Below, piece after piece: positions 25,573-39,699 of a DNA stretch of 64,000 bases (position 1 is the stretch's first letter; each line of letters opens with the position of its first letter). The notes under the pieces are model-generated. The model made no database searches. It was not told where the DNA came from and worked only from the letters and a program-made list of their open reading frames with translations. The stretch spans positions 79,362,001 through 79,426,000 of the forward strand of contig NC_058368.1 in assembly GCF_018350175.1 (NCBI RefSeq). The letters run 5' to 3'. The position numbers and the translations under genes are program-made. The DNA is from Felis catus (lineage: Eukaryota).

Positions 25573-27762
25573 TCAATAGAGACGTATAATAAGGCATTTT
25601 TCCCCTGGGGGCAAAAACAAAACAAACCCCTCAGCATTTTTAACTCAAGACAGAGGACAGACTCAGACTGTTCAGAGAGCATTTAAGTTCAACCCATTTT
25701 TATCCCTAATTGTTACAATAACGAATTTACAAAAGGAAGTGTACATCAAGAAACACCTTGGGAGGCACACGGAAAACATGATGAGAACTTGAGTTTTTCC
25801 CTTTTATGGAACCTTCTGTGGAAGGAGATAGCATGTCTCCCTTCCCGAGTGTCAAATGCTGAATGTGCAGGTGGCCGGGCGAGGGCATCAGAACCGTTTG
25901 GGGGGACGCCCCTCTGTTCCCACCTGAGCCACGGGAGGGGACGCCCACCTGCTAAACGAGGCTGCTGGTCCTCATCCAGAGCACTGGGACGCGTGCCCCG
26001 AGGTCTTTCCATGTGTGTTTCCTTCCGGGAAGTGTCAGCCAAGAGCTGCGTGAAACCTTCCCCAGCTTCCCTGTAATAGCCTGAAAGCCCCAAAGGGAAC
26101 GAGCAAAGGTCACCCCGAACCTCTTCAGAAGGAAGGAAGTGTAACGTGTTGAGGTATTCGTCGTCACCCACACATACGTGTGGAGGGTACGGGGTGCGGT
26201 ACTTGCCTCTAATTTTAAAACCTACCCCGCTCCATGGAACACAGCTCACATTCCGCTCTTCGTGCGGCATGAGGACCTTTCAAGTGGCGGCAAAGCTGGA
26301 GGAAACTACCTCCTGAAGCACTTTTGCTACCTCTGTAACGTGGGACGTTGTCCTTAGCGAATATTGAGTCAACGAGTCACAGTATCTGCTGCTGTGGGGA
26401 AGGCACCACAGGTTCATCTGGGTTTCTGGCCTTAAAGAGTTGATGGTCTGGTAGGAGAGACATGTGAGGCCACACCAGGATCATTAAGTGGCTTCCCCTT
26501 GCTTTTAAAACGAAAACGCGTCCTCTCCTGGTGACCCCTCAAGATAGGCATCACACCCATACCTGCCCTTGCTCCACGTCGACCACACACAGTTCCCATC
26601 TCTCTGGGATGTGCTGTGCTTGGATTCATCCAAACCGCCCTTTGGATCTCGGCTTAAAGGTTACTTTCTCAGCGTCCTCAGTATCCTGAGGATGAAGATC
26701 CGATGCGACGCTCGTGCTGAACTTCCTCCGTACGCCCCATTCACAACGTGCCTGTGTTGTGCGGCCGTGTAAAAGCACGGTGTGCATCTCCTCTACTTAA
26801 CTGCGCTCCGTGAGAGACAAAGAATATGGGTCGTGTTCACCCTCACGCCTCGGCTCGCATTATTCCCGGTCCACACTAAGCACTCTGTAAATAGGTTTGA
26901 TCTGTAGACCAGTGCGTTGGAAAATGCGTGTTGAAGCAATCCACCTACACATCCTCAAAATGCCATGCCGGATAAGTGGATAAATGTTATTATTCCCAGG
27001 GTGTGCGGACGGAGAAGCCAGGGCTGAGAGAAGTCTGGGGATATCTGGACGACGGTTTCTTAATAACTGATTTCTGGGAAAGCGTTTTTCCCAAAGCTCC
27101 ATAAAGATGTCAGTATCTCCACCAGAAATATCAGGATCACAAATCAGGGAGGAGAGGAAGTTCGGGAGGCGAGTTGGACGCAGCTCCCAGGCATTGCTGT
27201 GATGCGAGGACAGTCCCAAAGCTGTGCCTGCAGTCTTGGCGACGGACGAGAATCTTGGCTGCGGGATCGCGTTGTGCGCTGTGCGACAGGACCCGATCCC
27301 CCCAGGCTCTAGGGCATCAGCAGCTGCCTTACCCGAAGTGGGACAAGGAGACCCAGCTCCGAAGGGCAAGCATGTCCCCTCCGCGGGTGAGTCTTCCAGT
27401 GCTGGGGGCACCGTTACTTTGCACCTGGGGTCCCAGCCTCACCTCCAGGAAGTAAAGTGATTGAAGACACGGGAAGTGTTCACTAGTGTGCAGCAGCTGA
27501 CGTGCTGGCCGTGACTTGCCACGTACAGAGCCGTCACGTGGAGGAGGAGGAGCCCTGGGTGAGGGCCGGTTCCCTGGTCGCGTCCGTGAAAGCTACATTT
27601 TTTTGTCTGTAAAACAGGAACGAGTGTTTGATGTGAAATTATCAGGCTACCTGGTCATTGCCACCACTTTGTAATGCCAAACTCAAAGGATTTACTGAAT
27701 AACTAGTCAAGAAATTGGACATTTGATATTGCTTTTGGCTCATCTACCTAAAATGCCACTCT

Positions 27763-27978
27763 GGGGCGCCTGTGTGGCTCAGCTGAGCATCTGACTCGAT
27801 TTTGGCTCAGGTCAGGATCCCAGGGTCATGGGATCAAGCCCCACAATGGGCTCCATGCTGAGTGTGGCACCGGCTTAGAATTCTCTCTCTCTCCCTCACC
27901 CCTCCCCTTGTGCACTCTCTCTCTGTCTATATAAATATAAACAAACAAAGAAGCAAACAAACAAACAAATAAACAAAA
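27763..27978 (+). mobile_element. CanSINE, older subfamily
   Basis: ggggcgcctgtgtggctcag head; (AAAC)n tail; flanks aaaa(t/g)gccact. Confidence 0.9.
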
Positions 27979-27987
27979 GGCCACTCC

Positions 27988-28172
27988 TGGGATGCCTGAG
28001 TGGTGCAGTCAGTTGAGTGTTCAACTCTTGATTTTGGCTCAGGTCATGATCCCAGGGTCGCGGAATCAAGCCCCTGCCTAAGATTCTCTCTCTCTCTCTG
28101 CCCCTCCCCCTGCTTGTGCCCTCTCCCTCTCTGTCTCAGTAAGTAAGTAAGTAAATAAATAAATAAATAAAA
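27988..28172 (+). mobile_element. CanSINE, older subfamily, internally deleted
   Basis: gggatgcctgagtggtgcagtcagttgag head; CT tract; (TAAG)/(TAAA) tail. Confidence 0.88.
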
Positions 28173-30799
28173 TGCTACCATCACTTCGTTTATTGAAACA
28201 GAATCCATCATCCAAATTTTAGTTAAAACCTTCCAAAGAGACGCCAGCTCGGGGAACTCGAGCAGATCTTGTTGGAACCCCTCCAACTCGTCTATAGGGC
28301 TAGTGTGTAATCATTCCTGAGCAGTTTTGCTTGGGAATCACTGCTCCTGCGGAGACAGCAAGATCCCTGGCGGGAGAGTAACGTGTTGGAAGGAATCCGG
28401 CTCTCATGCTATCTCCTTCTTCCCCATCATCCGTGGCCACAGCGTGGCTGGAGGCTTTTGCTCTGGGCCCGCCCAGAGGAGCGTGAAACCCTGGCTCAAA
28501 ACTGTCCCTCTCTCTCTGCCTCTGCGGCACATGCCCATGCACACGTACGCACACACGCCCCTCCGAGCCACCTTACCTCGTGCCGCAGTTGGAGGACACT
28601 CTATCCCAGGGGTTAGACCCCTGGACCTGGGTCTTCTGGTGGGCGGGGCTACGGCATCTTAGAGCAGCACACAGCCAGCCGTCAGCCACTCCTCTGCCTC
28701 CTGTCTTCTGTGAAGTCCTGAAAGGTGGCGGGATGGCTGGGCATCGACAGACGAGAAGACCCATACTGTGCCGACGGACCCCAGTCTCCCAGCCCAACTG
28801 GCTGTGATGCCCTAGGTGGCGGTGGCCTCACAGAGTCCACACAGAGGCCACGGAGGAAGGAGAAGGGAGCATAAGGCTTAGGTCCTGTAACCTGGCTTTG
28901 TCATTAACCCAAACTGTTGAACTGAGCACTCACCAGACATCGGGGGCCGGAGGGGGGGGCGTCGAAGGGGTGCCCGCTGTTTGGAAAGTAATATTCATTT
29001 GCTCTTGGGTGTAGACATTCGTGAGCCCGGCAACCCCGGCAGGGATTCTCCAGGCGATGAGGGCTAGAATAAAACCTGCCTCTGAGGCCCACCCCAAGTT
29101 GCTGGAACCTTCTGCTTCATAAATATGGTTGAAATGAAGATCCGCTTTCAAATTACAATGATCAGAAAACTAGCACGTTCTCAGCTGATGTGTTTGGAGG
29201 TCCCCGTATCTGAAGATTTCTCATCCATCGAGTCTCCACAAAAGGTGGGTCCTGGTGTTTTCTGGTGTCAGGCCTGTGTTCCCCCTGTTCAAGGAGAGGC
29301 AGGACATTTGATAAACACTAACTCCGTCTTCGAGGTCAGACGTCACTGGAGCATCTTCTCCGTGTCTGTAAACAAAGGCAGGCGCTCTCCCCTTTGGGGC
29401 CCAGGACGTTCCTGCACTTGTCTGTCCCCATACATGTTACACTGTGTTATGAGTTTTTTAACTCTCTCTCTGTGTCTCTCTCTCTGTCTCAGCTGTGCTC
29501 TCTCAGATGGCACAAATCACAACCGATGCTTTCCTGTCATCCCAACATCTGTCCCAGTGGCAGATATGGGAAGTGAGTGAATCGGCCAGTGACGGCCACC
29601 AAAGCTGTCCTTTCTCACACCTGCACCAACCAGATGAAACAGGTTAATTTAAAATAATCGGTCCCCCACGTAACGTAAGATAGTATTATACTTTTCTTTG
29701 AAATACCTTCTGCTGCTTTTTCTCCCACGGCACAAAATGATGTGGATAGAAAACAGATTTCTGGATTGAGACTTGCCAACACTTTTCATAGGCTCTTTTT
29801 CCTTCTAGGTGCTCTGCCAAAGCACTTGACATAAGGCACCCTCATCAGGAACGGGTAGATTTGTCTTCCTAGACGTGAGGTTCACAACAGCAGGTGAGCT
29901 CCGACCAGTTTCTGCCAGAGCCTCGGAGGTGCAGGAACAGACGGGGGGCTCGTTCTTCCTGGGGGACTGAAGGTAAGCCACCACCGCCATAAGCTCACAC
30001 CTGCAGACAACCGTTGTTCGCGAAGATTTCTCCCCTTCTTTCCGCGTACTCCTTCTGCGGTTACCCTGTGTACAGGTTTGGGAACTTACAAAGCAAATCA
30101 CAAAACATAACAGGATGGCTAAGGGCTGATAAAGGTAACGTTCTCATCTAGAGGTGGAAGAGATTGGAGAGAAAGAGGTCTTTGTTTCTAGAAGGATCTC
30201 GGAAGTCAGAGACGTCCTGCTCCAAACAGTGAAAGCGTCCGCCGTTTTCAATGCGAAGGGACCGCTGTCGCACGATATCCCTGAACCGTGGGATACAGAC
30301 ACTTGCAATTATTTATATCTGCATCAAAACTTTTGCGGAAAAGCTTTGCTTTCAGATTCTCACTGAGCAGATTGTAATTTCATTGTTTTCAACAGGCTTA
30401 TTTATGTTTACCACCTCAGGCAGCTAACCAGAAACCCAGGGGAGGTACTTTTAACTGAAAAACAGTACGTGGTAGACGCACGTTGCTCTGGATTTCCTCG
30501 ACTTATTTCCCCCTTCTTTTGCTAACGGAAGAACTCTCCTCGTGGGGGCTTTCCGGGCGGTAGAGACGACAGGTGACGCTGCTCCCCAGTGCGCAGTCAC
30601 ACGCAGACCGTCCCATCAATGCAACCCACACCCCTGCCTTCGGGCCAAGTGCGGGCAGACCAGAGTGTGTGCAAGGACTTTAATACCGAAGCTGTCAGGC
30701 TGACCAATTTTGCGAGCACTGGTAAGCTAGTAGTGAGTCACAACTGATGCGGGGCCTCCCGCCTGCCAGTAATCTTGGCCTCTGCCCGTCCGGGCTGCC

Positions 30800-31000
30800 G
30801 AGATGCTCCCTCACGTAAACCATCTCCCGAGGCTTTGCAACAAACCCTTAACTGGTCCGCCTGCTTTGTCCCTGGCGGGCTCCAGCCTGCTCCCCACACA
30901 GCTGTCACAGTCGGCTTCTAAAGTGCAAGTGATTGTTTTTACTCTTTTGCTTAAGAACCTTCAGGGCCCCAGGCTAAAGTGCCAGGTCCCGGAGGTTTGT
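30800..31000 (+). mobile_element. L2 fragment
   Basis: cccttaactggtccgcctgc...ccccacacagctgtcacagtcggcttctaaagtgcaagtg...gcttaagaaccttcag. Confidence 0.55.
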
Positions 31001-33173
31001 AAGGTGCACCCCGGTCTGTGTGCACCAGTTGGAGCCTTGAACAAGCCACCCGTGCTCCTGCTCCAGCCGCACCCAGCCACCTGCAGATCCAGGAAGACTG
31101 TACTTTTCTGTCTCCCTGTCCTTTCCCCCTCGGCCGCACCGGCTTGGGGTTCCTGGGTGCCCTGTCCCCTCTCGCTGCAGCCGTGCCATCTTTCTGCAGT
31201 GAGCGACCACACTGTCCTGGGTGGCCTCAGTGCACACTTTGCCCCCCCGCTCCACTTGTCCCACATCAGCATCAGGCCCAGCAAGTGCCCTGCGGTTAGC
31301 AGCTCCTCATCGATGGCCGAGAACCTGCAACTTGAGGAGCGAGGGGTGAAGTCCCAGGAGCACTCATGGTTATGGTCCAGGGAGGGCCAGCAGACTGAAC
31401 GAGCCCTGTGGACGTGAGCATCCCGAGACAGCTGCGGGCAGGTGTAGGGGGACCACCCCAGGCCTCTGTGTGTCCCGCTCCCTGCCCGCTCCCAGCCCTG
31501 GGCACCTGTCATACAGGGGCCGCTGCTTCTGGGGCCCTGAGAGGCTTCAGGGAGGCAGTGGGGGCAGCCAGGGATGCCAGGGCCAGAGGAAAGACAGAGG
31601 GAAAGAGCACAGAGGATTTCATGCACATCGACGATCACATGTGGGGCTGGGGGTCGCAGTGCCCCCCTCTGAAGATAAGAGGCACACAGTCCTGCAGGGG
31701 AAAGTCACCGGAGAGCACAGGAAGGCAGGGGAAGTGGGGGCGAGCAAGGAAGACGAACACCAGTGGGGGAGGACCGCGAATAGCCAGTAACCCGGTGTGT
31801 TCGTCTCGCAAATTCCGAGGCCAGCTGCTGAGAGCTCAGGGTTTAGGTGGAGAGCCCGCGGGAGGGGAAGCATGCGGGGGTCTCTGTGTCTCTGGCAAAG
31901 ACCCTCAGGGCTCTGCGGATGAGCACCAGCTCCTGAGCACAGGGCTGAGGAGCAAGTTCAGAGAGGGCTCATCCAGAGAAGGCACCTTAAGGCTTCCCAA
32001 AGAGTTTCTTAAATCAAGTATTTTACAAAAACAAGCAGGTGTGTGTGTGGGTGCGTGTGTGATGTAAAAAGGGCTGTATGTGGATTATCTCTCCCAATCT
32101 TTCCATCCTTCTTCCCCGCCAAAACTGGGAAAAGTTTTTATTTGGTTGAAAGGCTAGAGAATCTCCAAGTTCAGTGATGCTGCTTGGAAACCTTTATGCA
32201 GACCCAAATCTGGTCAGTCCCCCGCACTGGCAATGAATGACTCCTCCGTTGTACCTCAGGACATGCGACCTTACAAAAACCATCAGACAAACCTCTAAAA
32301 AGAAATCTATCCCCAGCAAACGTGCAGGGTACGTCAGATCACATGGTAAGAGGGGCCCTAAAACCCTCTTTCTGGAATTAGTTTAAACACCCACCTCTGT
32401 GTGTTGGAAACGAAATCAACATGGCAGACTCAGAGTCGCATTTCTGGACCTTTGACCTGACGTTTTTAAAGATCTTTGCGAGTGTGGTTTGCATGTGTAG
32501 AATTTGAAAGCGTTGGCCATCACTGCGTTTGACCTCAAACCATTTTTACCAGCTCTATAAATAGAAAGTATTGATGTTTTTACAGAGGGCTGTTCACTGT
32601 CTTGCATTTTCTCGGTGAAAAGCTAAGCGTGCTTCTGTCTACAGCGACAACTGCCCTCACCACGAAATCAAGTTTCCATTCCTTCAAAAGAATAAAACAC
32701 AAAAGGAATGCATCCAGCCTGTTGAAAGAGTGTCTCCTGGGGGTGCCTTCCCACTTATTTTAGAGGCACCCCGTCTTTTCTCTCTCCCCCGACCCATGTG
32801 GCCATCAACGCCCAAAGCCGTGCTGTCTTTGGAATAACGCACTTGGTTCTAGAGCTTCTGAAAGATCCTTAAATGCAGTGCAGGCTTGGCCTCCCCCGGG
32901 GAACAGAGGGAACAGAGGGGCCCCGGTCTCTGATCATTGGAGCCTCCCTCAGCCCAGGGGTGCAGGAATCAGTCACTTCCTGAACGGAGCGTCACTGTCA
33001 CACTGCTTTGCTTCTGAGCTTCAGGAGGACTTATAAATATGCATTTACAAATGCATCCCTGCGGTGGGGCAGACATAAATCCCCATAAACTGTCGCCATG
33101 CAGAAAGTAAATTCTACAGTGCTTGCCACGAAGACCAACTCTTTTCTCCTTCTCCAATTAAAACAACTTAACG

Positions 33174-33215
33174 TTTTGTTTTTGTTTTTTTGTTTTTGTT
33201 TTTGTTTTTGTTTTT
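33174..33215. repeat. (TTTTTG)n repeat
   Basis: Direct reading; a (TTTG)n run also lies at ~33293-33321. Confidence 0.85.
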
Positions 33216-36200
33216 GGAGTCTGAGATTCTCTCTCCCTCTTTTCCAATTTGATTTTATGACCTTGGAAAATTTCTCCTGGTGACAGTGTGGTTTTTTGTT
33301 TGTTTGTTTGTTTGTTTGTTTATCTTTTAGCCTACATCCTGTCAATGTTCCCCAGACCCCAGTCCATTCACCTACATTCTGTTTATGCCTCTGTCTACAA
33401 TATTCATCGTAAGACAGTTCGCAACGCGGGGTTGTCCGCGGCATGACTTTCATAAACCCCTGCAAATATCTGCTCCCGGCCAAGCATTACTGAGGAGTTT
33501 CTGTGAGCTGTTAACAATAGATGTAAGGCTCCTGCATTTTCTCAACTACAGATACAATAGAGAGATGCAAAGTGATATTGCAAATTACGTCTACCCCCCC
33601 CCCAAAAAAAAGGTAGAGGGAGAAATTAGCCACTGTCCTTCCTCTGCCCTTCCCAGATGCCCGCCCCTCCCCCATGCCACCATCTGTGCTGGTTCTGGCA
33701 CTAGATTTCTCTATTAACAAAGCCCCACCTAGTGATTCAGCCTGAATTCACCACCCCGGCCCCCCTCCCTCTCCTTGTGCCCCCAGAAAACACGATTCCC
33801 TAATGCCGATCCCTTTGTCTACAGAGTCATGATCTGAAAAGGCGCGCTGCCCCCCCCCCCTTCTTCCCAGGCTAGGTTTCCAGTGCTGGTTCAGGTCACA
33901 AATCAGGAGAAAAATCAAGGGTCCTGTCCTTCCCGATTCCTTTCAACAGTTTCTAGAACCCACCTCAGACAGAATTCAACTCAGAGCGCGTGTAACCCGA
34001 GAATACAAGGACACGCTTCCTGGTGGCTACTGGGCTCCTTAGAAACACCACTTCATCATGCAATCAGCGTTTTATTAAAAAATTAATGCCTGTGAAATGA
34101 GTTTTTGATACAAAGCCGTGTGCCTGTGACTTTTTTTTTTGTTTTAAAAACATCAGTCTCTTCAATAATTCATCTTTTATTTCTTTAGCCTTGCTAAATA
34201 TTAAACAGGTTAAAGTTAAATATTTGAAAACTCGAGGCAGCTCAAGTCCCTCAGAGAAGGTCCAGGCGAGGCGCCCTAGTGCGGCTGCCTCCTGGTAGCG
34301 TTTGTAACGTGCGGTGACGGGTGCTGGTGGCCTCTGTGGGCCAGATGTGTCCTTTGCTTGGATCTTCCCTGTGGGGCAAGCGACGTGGATACCCACGCGT
34401 GCATGCCAACCTCTGAGCGGCTGCCAGCGTCCCGTTACCTGAGATTGACGGTAGAAACGAGGATTCTGAAACACGGGAGGATGTGTACCTGTTATCAGCG
34501 GCTGGGCCCACTCAGCTCCCAGAGAGAGAGAGAGAGAGTGCGGGCACTCCCCATACGCGGTCAGCTCACCCGTGGGGTTATCTGTCCCCCAGCTTTAGTT
34601 CACTCACTTGGGGGGGGGGTCACCACATTCCCCGCCCCCAATCTGATTCACTGAGGCAACAGCATGGTCCCTTTCTTGCTGAATCATCTACATGATTTCA
34701 CCTGAGTTGATCTGAGCTAAGAGATGTAAATGCCTTTCCTATCTGGCCCCCTGACAACACACACCCTTTTCATTATTAGCAGTATTAGTTTCCAGTCGGC
34801 CGAGGAATTAATTTTAGAGTGTGTGCTTGGGACATAACTTCCAGGGTAATTTTCCTCGGATGGTTTCTAAGCTGGCTATCAGCATTGCTACCTCTCCCTG
34901 ACACCTTATGAAGACTGATGGCAATTACTACACTATGGACGTTTAAAAAAATTCTTTTCCTTGCAAATAGCACGTGCCCATCGAATGAGAGATGGGGGTT
35001 GCTTTAAAGTGTGTTGGGCTTTCGATGTCCACCACGGCAGAAATGAATGCTTGCTCAGAAATGGCCACTCAGAAACCTCAGCACAGACGCAGAGACCGTG
35101 CATCTCCCAGTCAGAACAAACATCAAAGAACAAATCACTGAAGGTCAAACCGTGCTGTGCTGCCGGCTCTGGATCCAGCCCTCAAACAATATTTCCACCT
35201 ACTGGAAGAGAGCAAACTTGTAAACTTGACCGTGTCTAATCTGACCTTCTGCGTCGAGGGCATCCATAGAGGAGCCTATGATGTCATCCCCAGGAAAACA
35301 GGTGGAAGGAAAGGAGTATGGCTTTGTGAAGAGCGTAGGTGCTCGGCTAGCAGGCGTGGTGCTGACTCCACCGGGGCTTCCCTCCCTCTGTCCCCTTCTT
35401 GGTCCGCGGAGCTCGACCAGCTCTGGAGCACACACGATTCTGACGCTCTTTCGAACAGAGCCTTCTGATGACAGCAACAGAGCTTTTCAGGAGGCAGAGA
35501 AAGCTGTAGGCAGCCGAGTGGACGGAAACACAATGAAAATGCTAATGGGAGGCTCAGATCCACTGCCATGTTTTATTAATGACATCTGCACCATATTTGT
35601 AAAATAATTTGCATAATATGTTAATTCTCTGAAAGAAGGGGGGGATGGGAGCTCATAATAGCATAGGAAATCAGCACTTTCCCCCACTATTCCAGAGCTT
35701 CGTAAGGCTTTCAATTGTATTTTTTTTTTAATAATGATCCTTATTGGGCTTAGGTTCCATTTAGAAGTCAGTCAAGATTAAAGTTTGAAATCTACTTTTT
35801 GGGATATAAGCTCGTTAGTAAGTGTTCATCAAGGCTTCAGACCCCGTAGAGTAGTTTTGTTTTTAAGACGAAGGAAAGACTCAGCAGCGACCGAGCCGCA
35901 CGTGAGAGGAGACCAAGAGGGCTGGGAGCTCACAGAAGCGCTCAGAATCTGGTCCTGCCACTGGCATGAGGCTTCCTGGGTTTATACTCGTTTCAGTCAT
36001 CAATTTGCTACTCTGGCACTTTTTTTTTTTCTTTCACACAGTATGGAAATACCACACTACAACTCCTTTCTTAAGTAGAGGGATTTGTCAAAATTGTTCT
36101 AGAACTTTCTAAGGGGGCAGTGAAAATACCGGGCAAAGGAACCAGTTGAAGGAAAAGGACTTTGGGGCAGCGCAGCGCCCTTGAGCACAGGACAAAGCTG

Positions 36201-36744
36201 AAGAGATGCGGATTCAGGGACCCTGGAGTAAACGCCAGGGCGGCTTTGATTCTAAGGATGCTGGGTGATGACTATGCTGATAGCACCCCTGCCCCCTGCC
36301 CCCTGCCCCTGCACAACTGAGCTTCCCCTTTTTAAAGTTTAACAGGTTACCCTTTATTAACACTAATGAGTGCTGGTCACGTAGGTATGCCCATTTCAGT
36401 GGTTTCAAAAAATAAAATTTGAATTCTCCTTGTTCCTAGTCCACTGAAGTTTTTGCAAGTTAGCAGAGTTCGTTTGTAAATGACTCTGCAACTTTGCAAG
36501 CCAGGGTGCTACGTAGAATCCCCGTGATCTGAAGCCTAGAAAGGAGGCTTTCTAAAGAGCATTCCTCAGACCAGAAACGCTTAGTCGCTGGAAAATCTGG
36601 GCAAATTTTACTCTGCGTCCACTGCTGTAAACTGACGAGGCCCAAACAGAACAGTACAGATCCCTCTCTTTTTGCCTTTGAATTCTGGAACACGCGACTC
36701 ACAGAATCAAAGTAGTATTTAAAGTATTTAAACATGGCCACATA

Positions 36745-36922
36745 GGGGAGCGCCCAGGTGGCTGCCAACTTCGGCTCAGGTAGTGATCTCAGGGTTCCTG
36801 GGTTCGAGCCCCGTGTCGGACTCTATGCTGACAGCTCAGAGCCTGGAGCCTGCTTCAGATTCTGTGTTTCCCTCTCTCTCTGCCCCTCCCCCCTCTCAAA
36901 ATAAATAAACATTAAAAAAAAT
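36745..36922 (+). mobile_element. Internally deleted CanSINE
   Basis: Lacks the cagtcggttaagcg segment and part of the CT region; identical flanks atttaaacatggccacatagg at 36726-36746 and 36921-36941. Confidence 0.92.
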
Positions 36923-37783
36923 TTAAACATGGCCACATAGGTATGGGTAACAACCAAATACTCTAAGAAGGTACAGAAAAAAGAATGAAAAAAAAATTGT
37001 AGGTGCATCACCAACTCCTCTGTTTCAGGAGTTTTGTGGCCATCCAGCACCAGTAACTGTTGGGAGGAAGGGGTTATTCTTATCGGTTGGTCCAAGAGAA
37101 ACATTTGTTATTTTGAGAGTTGCCAAATTGCCCTGAGTACATAGCTTCTCCCTTGACTTTTAACATGAAGCTGATTTCAAGCTCTTGTCATAATTTATTC
37201 TAGTTACTGAATGAGCTTAACACACATACTTCGTACACATAACTTAACACACATAACTTCACCCATTCCTTTCTCCTCCATTGAACACCTACTGTGCACC
37301 CAGATACTGTGCCCTGTGGTAGGGCTGGCGTGTGAGAGGGTTCCTCCTTGAAGGCTGGAGAAGTGTGTTTCTCCTTTCTACCCACACTGTGTTTCTCAGG
37401 TCAAGTTTCTGAGGCTTAATTGCTAAGTGGGCCTTGCCTTTGACAAGCTGATTTCTTTCTATAAAAATGGGGAAAGGGGAAGCTCAGCATTTGGGCACCC
37501 GTTCTGTGGATAATAGCTGTCTAGAGGCGTGCTGTTTTGGTTTGCCTGCAACACTAGAACACCTGTAAACTCACCAAGAGAACAGCGGACCATGACCTGA
37601 GAAGGGGTGGTAAAGACCGTGGGATGCCCAACATTTCCTGCAACAACAGAACTAAGTCCTCCAATGGAAAGTTCAACAGACTTACGGGTTCTTCAAGCAC
37701 CCTCTCTGATAATTCCCCCGAAACAAGCCAAAGACTGACGCCAACATCTCGTGGAAGGCTGTGCCTTCTTCCAAACTCGCCCC

Positions 37784-37972
37784 TGCCATGGGAGGCACCA
37801 GTGAATGTGTGTGCCCTCCCCCCAAATTCATGTGTTGGAATCCTAACCCCCAAGATGATGGTATGGGGAGGTAAGGCCACTGGGGAATGATCAGGTCATA
37901 AGGGCAGAGCCCTCCTAATTAGGATTAGAGTCCCTTTTTTAAATGTTTTTTTTTTTATGTTTATTTATTTAT

Positions 37973-38012
<40 letters not shown>

Positions 38013-38403
38013 CACTCAACGGAGGGAGGGGCAGAGAGAGAGGTAGAGAGAGAATCCCAGGCAGACTCTACACTATCAGCTTGGAGACGGACGCAGGGCT
38101 CAATCCCATGCCTGTGAGATCATGACCTGAGCCAAAATCAAGAGCCAGACACCCAACCGACTGAGCACCCCAGGCGCCCAGGATTAGTGCCCTTTGAAAA
38201 GAGACCCCACAGAGCTCCCTCGCCCCTTCCACCGTGTGGGGACATATAGTGACAAGCCTGCAGCCGGGAAAGACCCTTCACCCGCCCAGCCTGCCACCCC
38301 AGTCCCAGATTTCCAGCCCCAGAACTGTGAGTGATAACGCAGGGCTGTTTACAAGCCGCTCTGCCTGCCGTATCCAGTTCGAGCAGCCCAAACAACTTAG
38401 ACG
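37784..38403 (+). mobile_element. MaLR solo LTR (MLT1A-like) interrupted by a SINE
   Basis: ccccaaattcatgtgttggaatcctaacccccaagatgatggta...ggattagtgccctttgaaaagagacccc...ccagaactgtgag...agcagcccaaacaacttagac. Confidence 0.88.
37936..38179 (-). mobile_element. CanSINE nested in MLT1A
   Basis: TSD aggattag...cccttt at 37921 and 38180. Confidence 0.93.
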
Positions 38404-38807
38404 CTAGCAAACTGCTGAATAAAATGCACTCTGTCTTCTGCCTTGACAAATGGATCTTCATAATTACAAAATAAATTAAACGTGCCTAGGTCTAGATGTT
38501 CTGATGGTGAGGTAGACATGTTTGGGGAGGCAATAAAATATTCACACACAAAATTAATAAATTATCATGTATTTATTTCATGCAATTTTCCTTGCCTTTA
38601 TTTGAATAAAAATCACTGATTATGGTCGTATAATGAGGATATTTTTCACATATTTGTGTTCTACTGATGATAATGGCAGGTTAAGCAATCTTTCTTGGGT
38701 CATGGTTTTAAGAGCTTTGTAGGCAAGGTTTTGTTATTTCAATTTGGAAAAATATCACGCTGCCGAAGCAATGGAAGTGGAAATGATATACAATATTTTT
38801 AAAAACA

Positions 38808-39026
38808 CTTTTAATATTTATTTTTGTGAGAGAGAGAGAGAGAGAGAGACCAGGGGTGGGGAGGAGAATGTAAGCAGGGGAGGGACAGAGAGAGGGGGAC
38901 AGAGGATCCGAAGCAGACTCTGTGCTGACAGCAGAGAGCCTGATGTGGGGCTGGAACCCACGAACTATGAGATCATGACTTGAGTCATATTCGGGTGCTT
39001 AACCGACTGAGCCACCCAGGCGTCCC
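38808..39026 (-). mobile_element. CanSINE
   Basis: Complete antisense element. Confidence 0.92.
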
Positions 39027-39474
39027 TGATAAATAAAATTCTTAAGGCAATTCACAGGTCGGAAAATAAAGCATGAGCTCTGCATGTCATATCTGAACAT
39101 TCCAATGCGGCTGTATGGGATGAATCATTATTGCAGAAAATATTGGAATATTATAATTTTGTCATATAAATGACTACTATTAACATAGCAATTTTCTCTT
39201 GAATCAGTAGCTGGACCCACAAAGTATCTCTTGAGTCTTTCAAGTTTTTCAATGCAGGGATTTTAAATAAAACCCCAAATTGGAATATGTCGTTCATGGT
39301 CAGAACAATCTCCTTAGACATTCAACTGGGGGTGATGTACCCAGGAATTTTCCTCATGTTAGTCCTGCAAAATACAAGCCATACATTAATGAATGGCAAG
39401 AAAGCACATAGAGATATCCAAACAAGCTGAAAAGTGCTTTTGAAAATGTCATAGAAGTCTCATTAGCTACTTTT

Positions 39475-39699
39475 ATTTTTTTTTAATTTTTGTTTAATGT
39501 TTTATTTATTTTTGAGACAGAGAGAGACAGAGCATGAACGGGGGAGGGTCAGAGAGAGAGGGAGACACAGAATCCGAAGCAGGCTCCAGGCTTTGAGCTG
39601 TCAGCACAGAGCCCGATGCGGGGCTTGAACCCATGGACCGTGAGATCATGACCCGAGCCGAAGTCGGATGCTCAACTGACTGAGCCACCCAGGCGCCCC
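39475..39699 (-). mobile_element. CanSINE (SINEC_Fc-like)
   Basis: TSD tcatta(g/a)ctactttt at 39460 and 39700. Confidence 0.95.

Noticed and set aside
30803..32067. Overlapping 200+ aa ORFs on both strands
   Set aside because: GC-rich sequence partly derived from L2; no homology recognised, no exon structure.
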